The notes under the pieces were generated by a model. The model worked only from the letters and a program-made list of their open reading frames with translations. It did not search any database and was not told where the DNA came from. The position numbers and the translations under genes are program-made. A stretch of DNA of 63,966 nt, filler included, from Lenisia limosa (taxonomy: Eukaryota > Protista > Breviatea), in assembly GCA_001655205.1 (NCBI GenBank). It is 22 parts of 22 records of this genome, joined end to end, with 100 filler letters (N's around TTAATTAATTAA, not from the genome) between each part and the next. Parts side by side here need not be neighbours in the genome. Positions count along the whole stretch, not along the records: positions 23,777 to 27,309 come from LPNZ01005654.1; positions 27,410 to 30,346 come from LPNZ01006416.1; positions 30,447 to 32,342 come from LPNZ01008481.1; positions 32,443 to 43,034 come from LPNZ01010982.1; 18 more parts are not named here. One strand, 5' to 3'. The number at the start of each line of letters is the position of its first letter. Position 1 is the stretch's first letter. Below, piece after piece: positions 26,092 through 35,400 of this stretch.

Positions 26092-26237
26092 CTTACACGC
26101 CACATTCTTGCTCTCTTCCACTCCACATTCTTGCTTACTTACACGCCACATTCTTGCTCTCTTCCACTCCACATTCTTGCTTACTTACACGCCACATTCT
26201 TGCTCACTTACACGCCACATTCTTGCTCTCTTCCACG
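26092..26237 (+). repeat. Minisatellite: 23-bp monomers forming a 46-bp higher-order unit
   Basis: CACATTCTTGCT-CTCTTCCACTC alternates with CACATTCTTGCT-TACTTACACGC. The array resumes after the MITE and gap at 26340-26390. Confidence 0.9.
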
Positions 26238-26389
26238 TAGGGCTTCACTTCGGTTCGAAAAATCCCTTTAAAATATCGATAGTTTTCGAGGATTTATCGA
26301 GAAATTCAGTCTTTTTTCGAACCGAAGTNNNNNNNNNNTCCACACTACATTCTTGCGCACTTACACGACACATTTTTGCTCACACGCAT

Positions 26390-26713
26390 TAGAGCGAATA
26401 CATTCGTGACGGAGTGTATCTCCTCCTCGACCGCCTCCAAACTCTGGTCTACCGCTCGCTTCTTTACAAAATGTGTGTGGGGGGGGGGTGAAAGGAACTC
26501 AATGTGATCTTTTAACAATTCTGTTTTTCTTTCCAAAATGTGCTTTGAGGTAAATTTTCTTCTTTGTTTGATGCCATTTCTCACCTCTTTAGCCACAAAG
26601 TGACCCAAAAGGTCCAAATCAAGCTTCCCCTTGTCCTGACATGCTTCAAACAGTCCTCAGCACAGGACATGTCGCCCGAAGGTGTCGAGTGTGTTCTTGC
26701 CAACTTGATTCAT
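26390..26713 (-). CDS. Hypothetical gene fragment convergent with PCID2
   Basis: Exon-like segments DKGKLDLDLLGHFVAKE|gtgag and RAVDQSLEAVEEEIHSVTN. The 26713-26585 segment has an in-frame TGA unless a 33-nt intron is removed. Confidence 0.4.
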
Positions 26714-26875
26714 CTTGGTGGGCAGAGGGTAAAACGAAGGAAATTTAGATGAAGAATATTGGGGGGATATGATTGGTAGATTTGGGAAATAAAAAAGCCC
26801 GGATCAAATCTGTTGGCTGACAACACACGATAATATTTGTCTCGGTCTTTCTTGAGCAACGTACTCATCTGGCTA

Positions 26876-26966
26876 GCGCTTCACTTCGGTTCGAAAAGGA
26901 TCGGTAAAATATCGATAGTTTGATTTATCCAAGAATTCAGTCTTTTTTCGAACCAAAGTGAAACCC
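26876..26966. mobile_element. MITE family A1 copy with TA on both flanks
   Basis: TA|GCGCTTCACTTCGGTTCGAAAA...TTTTCGAACCAAAGTGAAACCC|TA. Confidence 0.9.
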
Positions 26967-27659
26967 TATTCTTACACATGGTAGGATACGTGAAGGGCTA
27001 CATTGCACACAAGCAGCAAGTCCTTGTCTTGTCGAAGAAGTGCGCTTTCCCCCAACTGTCTGACGTGCCTCTAAGCACTTTCGCCTAGTTTCTGCTTCTT
27101 ATTCTGATTGATGGTTTTTTATTTGTTTCTCGACCAGACCCCCCCGCCTTCCCCCCTCTCAAAGCTACCCCAACACGGGGGCAAATAAATACATTCACAT
27201 TTACAAATGAAACATAAACACTAATCCTGGAAAAGAGCATCTAAAATAATGAGACATCATATATGCTGGGTTGTTAGGCAAATGAATTCAATATCTCTTA
27301 TAAGCGTGANNNNNNNNNNNNNNNNNNNNNNNNNNNNNNNNNNNNNNNNNNNNTTAATTAATTAANNNNNNNNNNNNNNNNNNNNNNNNNNNNNNNNNNN
27401 NNNNNNNNNGCCTGGATTGTGAGGGCCTGGTGTAATTTAGTTTTTTTTTGAATGAATTGTACAAAACAAATATTCCAAATTGAGCAAGTTTAAGGCAATA
27501 GTTTTCTTCTTTTTCTTATAAGCCCACCCCTGATGCTTGAACAGGCGGCTTTTCCTTTTTTGTCTTTTTAGGCGGGAACGAGTTGAGAAGCTTGCAGAAG
27601 CGAATTCGACCTGAAGGCGGTAAAGAAAGACAGTTATAATATTAATAACCCCTAGCTTC

Positions 27660-27855
27660 ATTATCCCTAGATCTACATTAGATTCCTTGTGTACTGCAAT
27701 AGCAATTATCTCTAGATCTGGCTTCCTTGTGTGCAACAATAGCAATTATCCCTCGATCCACAATAGCTTCCTTGTGTACAGCAATAGCAATTATCCCTAA
27801 ATCCACACTAGCTTCCCTTGTAAACAATAACAATTATCCCTAGATTCCCACAGCT
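27660..27855 (+). repeat. ~43-bp minisatellite, about 4-5 units
   Basis: Unit CAATAGCAATTATCCCTAGATCCACAATAGCTTCCTTGTGTACAG, with variants. Confidence 0.85.
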
Positions 27856-28021
27856 TGCTACGCCAAGCGTGCAGCAATACTAGGAAACTAGAAATGTTGC
27901 GCTCCCATTTCCGTTTTAAAGAAACATTTGAAAAAAGACTGAATTTATCGATGAATCCTCGAAAACTATCCCTAGATCTGGCTTCCTTTTAAACAAACAT
28001 ATCCCCAGCCGCCCAAACTAC

Positions 28022-28134
28022 CCCCAGCTGCCCACTAGCTTCCTTGGGTGCGGTGGGCTTGTCAACGCTCATTTTGGAGTCGGTGTGGAGGGAGTTGCAC
28101 TTGACACAGAACCACATCTGATAGCGGCTAATGT
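28022..28134 (-). CDS. Exon of a hypothetical gene with a CxxC motif
   Basis: Bounded by ccttcag and gtagtt; reads ISRYQMWFCVKCNSLHTDSKMSVDKPTAPKEASGQLG. Confidence 0.55.
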
Positions 28135-28213
28135 CTGAAGGGAAGTGAAACTGGGAAACGTATGTAACAAAAAACAAAAAAAAAACCCAACTCAATGTTG
28201 GCTGACAAAACAC
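28135..28213 (-). repeat. Family B intronic repeat, 3' half ending at the acceptor
   Basis: GTGTTTTGTCAGCCAACATTGAGTTGGGTTTT...CCCTTCAG. Confidence 0.8.
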
Positions 28214-28451
28214 TCAACACTCCCCTACCATATTTAGCCTGAAGAGCAACCTTCCTCATTTTCTTTCTGGAGGGAGTAAAGCATGAATGTTCTACAATAA
28301 AACAATAAAAACTAAAAACAAAAAGCTCTCAAACAACAAACAAAACAGCAAAAAAGGACATCTTATTTAGAATTAACACCTCACATGAGGTACAAAGAAA
28401 TAGACAGGCAAGAAGGATAAGGGAAACAAGTAGAGCGAGGTTGCCTTGGTA

Positions 28452-29487
28452 TAGTGCCCGACATAAACATTGGCAAAAAGATTATTGTGATAACTTTTCG
28501 CAATTTCAACCGTTTTTAGTCAAAAAGTAACCATTTTGTACAAAACAGTTTTGCATTTTATATATTTTTTTAAAAAATCGGAATTTAAAAAAATTAATTG
28601 GGTGACCTTTTGAATTTTTTTTTTTCACTTTTTTGCCATTTTTTTTTGTGAAATTCTAACTGCACTTTTTGGAATATATAATATTTTCAAAAATACTCTC
28701 ATGAATATCTTCATCATCCTTAGTTGATTTGAGGGAAATGTTGTAATCCAGTACTTTTTGTAAAGACTAGTTTTAATATCATAAAGTCGTTTTTTATTAT
28801 CTTAATATGACATGACAATATCATTGTGACATTATCACAAATTTTAAGAAAATTTGTAATTTTTTCAGATGTGTACCTCTCATATCCAACTGAAGCGTGC
28901 TATTTTTCAACAAGATAACGACCTCAAACACACCACAAAGGTGAGTAGTGTTAATTGTGTTATTTTCTGTTTAAAACTATCAAATAACCTATCAGGTGTG
29001 TAAGAAGTATTTTGACGAAGCTGCCTACACTCTAATGGAATGGCCTGCCCAAAGTCCCGATCTCAACCCTATTGAACATGCCTGGCAGCTTCTTGACGCA
29101 AAACTTCGTGCATCCGGTGTCAAACCAACATCTGAGGCCGACATGATGGAGAAACTGCAAACGGCACGGTCTAAAATCACCACCACTGAGACTCATAACC
29201 TTATTTCGTCCATGGGAAGACGTTGCCAAGCAGTTATTGACGCCAATGGCGGACCGACTAAATATTGATGTTTTTGATGGTTTTGACAAGTCCAATTTAG
29301 GTATTTTCAAAATATCTGATTTTTGTAATTCTCTCAGGACTTGCCATATATGGTATATATTTGATTTATATAATTAACTAAAATTAAAAACTTTTTTGCA
29401 CAAAATGATTACATTTTGACTAAAAACGGTTGAAATTGCGAAAAGTTATCAAAAAAATCTTTTTGCCAATGTTTATGTCGGGCACTG
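28452..29487 (+). mobile_element. Tc1/mariner (DD34E) DNA transposon, internally deleted, ~95-bp TIRs, TA target duplication
   Basis: Left end (T)AGTGCCCGACATAAACATTGGCAAAAAGATT... is the reverse complement of the right end ...AATCTTTTTGCCAATGTTTATGTCGGGCACTG. TA flanks both sides (28450-51, 29488-89), and a transposase fragment lies inside. Confidence 0.95.
28869..29268 (+). CDS. Tc1-family transposase, C-terminal fragment, two exons (intron 28941-28995)
   Basis: IFQQDNDLKHTTK|VCKKYFDEAAYTLMEWPAQSPDLNPIEHAW. Splicing gives exactly 34 residues between the catalytic D and E. The N-terminal DNA-binding region and first Asp are absent. Confidence 0.92.
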
Positions 29488-29750
29488 TATATGTGTACTT
29501 TTTATTACCCTGAAACATTGGTATAGATTGATAGGGTTTTGGACTATAATATTAATTCGGTCTACCACTTGTCTGGTCATGATCTTTACCTGGTTCGGCG
29601 GATATTGAACGGTATCGCGGACTTCGTTGTCTTGCGTAAGATTGGAGACGAGTACCACAAGTCAACAAGGGAGAAAGACCGCAGTGTGCCGGGTGAGACT
29701 GCACCACGTGTAAGCTGCCCAGGCCGAGGAGGCAAGCACCCTTTTGCCAA

Positions 29751-30006
29751 TTGCCTTCTGGGTTTCAAAATACCCTTTTTGAACTTGACCCTGCCCAAGC
29801 GCAATCTCTCCTGGAAGACATCCAGTCTGGTCATATCAAGCTGTTCAAGTTCCCTGCAAACGACCAAAACTCAACAACAGTTTTTGCTCTCCTTGCCCCA
29901 GCTCAATCACCTCAGTTCCCCCATTATCAACCTCACGGAATCATTCGCCTGATGGTGCAGAAAAACCGATATGGGTCCCTGGTTGTAACCTGCGCTTGTG
30001 GCTGGA
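29751..30006 (+). CDS. Hypothetical exon ending in a CxC motif (possible SWIM-like zinc finger start)
   Basis: Open frame NTLFELDPAQAQSLLEDIQSGHIKLFKF...RYGSLVVTCACGW followed by a GT donor. The completing C/H ligands are not seen. Confidence 0.35.
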
Positions 30007-30669
30007 GGTATATGTACATTTATGACGTTAAATTTATGGTTTTAGTTTTTTTCGAACAGTGTGTCTGTCCTCCTCCATCAATACATGAAAGAGTTTCTCA
30101 ATTTTAATGTAATTTTCGGCTTCTGTTTCTTACGGTGTTTAGTCTTAGAGTTCCAATGCTGTCCTGTTCAGACCAAACTAACTTCGCTCCAAAAAAGGCA
30201 ATACTTAAAAAAACTACTACAACAACAAAAACACTCTCCAAAAAGTCAATCCTGAATAGAGCAACAAAAAAAATGAAATGGGACCGTCCTCCATAAGTAA
30301 ATGCAAATAAAACACCCCTCCCCTGCCCCCTGCAGCCATAAAACATNNNNNNNNNNNNNNNNNNNNNNNNNNNNNNNNNNNNNNNNNNNNTTAATTAATT
30401 AANNNNNNNNNNNNNNNNNNNNNNNNNNNNNNNNNNNNNNNNNNNNAGTAGTAGTATTTGATATTTGAATAATTTCTCTGAATAACCTCTCATCTGTATG
30501 AATATTTAAATAACTTCTCATCCGTATGAATTTGTAATCTATGCATCATTGTTTTTGTTTTTTTGCAAGAGATTTGAACTGAAAGTACATATCTGATATA
30601 GTAGTATTATATATATTTGAAAACACTTCAAATCCCCACCCATGCAACGCGAACCGTCATGCATTTCAG

Positions 30670-32342
30670 GTACTTGAAGGAGGTGGAGGAGTTGAAGGAT
30701 CGATTTAAGGACCACAACGGCAAGCTGCGACCTGATTATCCAGAACCTCCCGAAGGCAAAGATGTAGGTTATGAATATTATGACTAGCGCTTCCCTACTT
30801 TCCCAAAAATAATCTGAATTTCTCGATAAAACCTCGATAAATTTCGGCTTTTTTCGGACCGTGGGGAATCCCTATTGGTGAACGCTTTTTTTTTTGGCCT
30901 GATCTCAACCATGTCATATCACAGGTTTAACACTATTCCTAATTGGGGCTTCACTTCGGTTCGAAATAAAACTGAATTTCTCGATAAATTGTCGAAAACT
31001 ATCGATATTTACCGGTATTTTTCAAAACAAAAGAGAAGCCTTTTTCCTAATATACCCAGGCAACAGTCCCCTTCCCGACTGAATCAAAGTACTCCACTGG
31101 CCGCCAAGTCATCTATGACCACAAGTGGCATAGGGTTGTTGCAGACGAAGCTCAGCAGTTTCGAAATCCATCGACCAACCAGGCAAAAGTGGGTAATTGT
31201 TAAGCAGTAGTTATGTCATAGATCTTTACGGGAGTTAGAAGTCAACAGAGTTGATTTGGGCTTTTTNNNNNNNNNNNNNNNNNNNNNNNNNNNNNNNNNN
31301 NNNNNNNNNNNNNNNNNNNNNNNNNNNNNNNNNNNNNNNNNNCCCAGGCCATGACCAGCATTCACAGTGAAAGCAGTTGGGCGTTATCAGGAACTCCCAT
31401 TCAAAACAAGGAAATCGACTTATTCCCCCTCTTTCGCTTTATTGGCGTTACGGTATGTCTTTTTTGAACAAGAAAATCAAGGCAAACAGATAAATACATA
31501 GTATCATGCCCCGCTCCCCGCTATTGTCCCTCCTATACTCAACCCCCGTTATCTTAATATTCTTCAATCCCTCTCTCATCATAATTCCTTTCTCATTCTA
31601 ACCGAAGTGAAACCCTCCATATAAGGCAAGTGAAATGGTTAAAATCAACCCTTCTTGGTGGCAGTCAGATAGTTGGGTCAAATTGTTTACCCTTTACCAG
31701 GGTCGTGCAATGGCAACTCTGTCGTCCTTCCGACGAATGACCAAAGACAGGCCGTTTAGCCACAAACCGCACTGCGAAATTGACGGGCGAGAATGGATGG
31801 GCAAAACACTTGCTATTGTGGGGAGGGGGGTGAAAAGGCTGCCTATTATATAGACATGTATGTGTGTGTCTATTGTTAGTTATTATTCATTTCTACCACC
31901 CATACTTCATACTCTCGTCCATCTTTTCAATTTTGTATATATCACTAGCAAAGCTGGTGACCCCCACCCCCCCTGGGTTTTCAGGTATACAGTGACCGGG
32001 ATAGTCTTGACCTATATTCCTTGGAAAATCAAAGAGCAAAACGGTCAAGACTAACCCCGGTCTCAGTGAATATTGGATGACCGCCCTCACTCCTATTCAC
32101 TTTGTTTTAAGGTGTCTTTTCAATGATTTACTTTGTTTGAAGGTCTCTTGCGAATGATTGGAGTTATAGTTCTCTACCACCCATACGTCATACTCCCCTC
32201 CCAGTTTATTTGTTTTAAGGTGTCTTTTCCATGATTATTTAGCGAATGATTCGACGGACCAAAGCCGAGCCGGTGGTTAAGAGTCAGTTAGATGAACTAA
32301 ACCGCAGACTGGCTGTTAAGCGCATTGAAATGGAGAAGAAAA
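30670..32342 (+). CDS. SNF2-family ATPase (RAD5/RAD16/TTF2-like), internal fragment
   Basis: Motif II KWHRVVADEAQQFRNPST (~31120-31185), motif III WALSGTPIQNKEIDLFPLFRFIG (from 31348), and MIRRTK (~32245). Confidence 0.9.
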
Positions 32343-32489
32343 NNNNNNNNNNNNNNNNNNNNNNNNNNNNNNNNNNNNNNNNNNNNTTAATTAATTAANN
32401 NNNNNNNNNNNNNNNNNNNNNNNNNNNNNNNNNNNNNNNNNNACTTGTTTCTTCTCATGTACATTCTTGTATTTTGGTAATTGATTCTT

Positions 32490-35400
32490 TTATCGGGTAT
32501 GACATTTCCGGGAGAAACCTGGTATCCTATGATGGAGTATTGACTCTGAAGGGAGGCGCGGTGACACTTGGCGGTTTCTTTGACGTTCGAATGCTTTCGG
32601 TCACCAGTGATTCACTCGACATTTTGTCGGGCACAACATCGGCTGAAGAGAACGGAGGCAACTGGTTCACGCACAACTTGCCTGGCGTTCCTGAGGTTGG
32701 CATTTGTGATGCTTGTCTAGGGATTCGCTTGTTCGAAAAAGACCGGTAAAACATCGATAGTTTTCAAGGATTTATCGAGACATTCAGTCTTTTTTCGAAC
32801 AGTGAAGCCGAGTTGATTTGAGCTCTTTTTTTTTTTCATAAATTGTCCAATTTTACTCCCAGGCCTCCGGTGGTGACGGCGATGTCCTTGGCTACGTCAT
32901 CGGAGGCCAAGGCGGCTCTCATGGCGGCCTGGGCGGTAACGGCACTCTTGTGTCTGGTGTTCCTGAGGTGGGGGTCTGGTGTTCTTGTTATGGAAAAACA
33001 AAGCTAACCATAACTCCAGGACCTTTATATTTATATATTACATATTTTTCTTTGAGTTACACATTCAACAGGTTCCATTAATCCCAGAATTTGACCGTTT
33101 TAGAACACAATTGAGCGTAACACCTGACCGTTTCAGAATACAATTGAGCGTAATGCCGTTTTTGGACTCGAAGTTTGGCCCACTACCCCAGGCGGTTCAG
33201 GAGCTAGTGTATGGGGGGGAGGGGGTGACAAAGCTGTTCATCATTCAAGCCATCAAGGCTATCTATACAATGTTAGAGGATATATCAAGCATCGTAGACC
33301 AGGGAACAGCAAAGCAAACCATAACTTCAGGATCTTTATGTTTACATGCATTTTCAGTTCTCTTATTTGTTACATTTTTAGCAACATTAGTTACACATTT
33401 AACAGGTTGGAGGCGCGCGAGGCGGTAGTGGTGGTGGAGTGGTCTCGATTTTCTGCACAACTTACGTCGACATTGCTGGAGAGCTCTTCGCCAAGGGTGG
33501 GTTTGGTTGTATGTTCCATTGTGGAGAGCTCTTCGCCATGGGTGGGTAAAGTTGTATGTTCTATTGCGAATTTCTTTTTTTTTTTGGGAATGTAAAGAAG
33601 TCAGTGTAGTACTCTGGAAACTGTTGTTCGAGGACTTTATGTCTCAAATTGCCACATTTAGTATTTTAGTCTTCCAATTTAATTCATCGATATCAAATTT
33701 GCGGCACAGTATCTCTTAACAATATCTCCCGCGCTTCCCGCTATATTCCAAATAACACCTCCAGGTACCGCGGGAGCCAGCCACTCGGCCAGTGTGACGG
33801 CAGGAGGCAGCGGCTCGGGCGGCTCCATTCTGATCAAGGTGATCTGGAGGGAGTGCTGCTTTTTGGGATTCGTTCAGCGCAGGATGAATATCTTGCTAAA
33901 TACATGCCAATTGCTGATAGGACTTCATTGAAAGCTGACAATTTATGAGTGGGATAGATATTATTGATTTATTGTTTTGGTTTCCCTGCGTCTTTCGCGA
34001 TATTCACCCCCTCAGGCGCCAAGTATTTCCATTTCTGGCAAGGTTGAGGCCACTGGAGCTGCTCCAACCACCACTTTAGACACTGCAACTGGTGGAGGGG
34101 GGGGGGGGGGNNNNNNNNNNNNNNNNNNNNNNNNNNNNNNNNNNNNNNNNNNNNNNNNNNNNNNNNNNNNGGCTCTTTCAGAAATCAAGCCGATTCGAGA
34201 CTAACATATCAGGTGGCGGCGGTGGTGGCGGCCGGATTGCCTTATATGGAATAACGCCCGGGACAGAAGCGGCTCTTTTAATGGTACTCCGAGCCGATGC
34301 GGGCGGAGGAGGAGAAACTGTCGGAACTGACGGCACAATTTTCATGACTGACGTGGGGTATTATTATCGTTTTTATGGATTTATTCAGCCAGTTTTAATA
34401 TTTGGAAGCTTGTATAGCCCCCATACTAACCTATTCAGTCTCTGAACCATTGCGAGGCTGCAACTGATTGTGACACGTGCTCCCAACTCCCCGAATGCGG
34501 CTTCTGTTCGATCACCGACGTGGGCAAGGTGGCGTGATACTATCGAATCCTTTTGATAATCTGCTCATTCGTTTTCTAAATTCTTAGTCTTGTCTTGCGA
34601 TTGTTGACGCATCCACCTGCGACTTGCCTATTTGGGAAGGTGTCTGTCATTCATGCACGCCCAGTGGCGCAGACGACCCCGATCTCGACGGGATTGCCAA
34701 CATTTGTGACCCCTGTCCTTTCGACTATGACGTCACCAAGTCTCTCGACGCTTGTATTACCTCTGCTTGTAAGAGGGGGGGTGTTCCTACATTGGTACTG
34801 CATTTTTAGCTTAATGAATAGCATCACCACGTATAATTGATTTTTGTGATTAATCATCCGTCACCCCCCAGCGTACTCTTCAGCAGTCAACGTATCAGCA
34901 ACCGTTGATGTTGGGACCTGGGCTGAGGCAACGTTCGTCTCTAGAAATTCGTGGGTGATACAAGCTATTTAATCTTAAGAGGGGATTCTATTTCTAATTA
35001 AAGAGGTTTTTTTTACTTTTTTTTTTTTTATAGGTGCCAGCAGCTGATATAAAATTGTAGAAAGAATTTATTTTCGGGGTCTAAAGATTGTATGTCTACC
35101 CATTACTCTCAGATTTGGGAGGGATCGCATGACTGGAGGTGACGTTTTCGACCCTCTCCTTTTAGCTCCAGGTAAGCTTCCTAATACGGCAAGTATCAGC
35201 TTCCTTTTACGGTAACTCACTGTTTTTAGGCGTTGTTGGAGATATAATCGATCAAAACAATGGCAAGTACCTTATTAAGGTCTTCACTAACAAGACCCAA
35301 GGTTTGGTTCTTTTTCTTTGTATTCAATTTCTCATTGGTGACTTCGGATCATTTTGTAATATTTTGTTTTTTAATAATACTGGTGGATTTTTTTTTTTTT

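Noticed and set aside
26092-26237. CRISPR-like array
   Set aside because: The intervening segments are themselves repeated rather than unique spacers, the context is eukaryotic and there are no cas genes. It is a minisatellite, as are 27660-27855 and 55856-55968.
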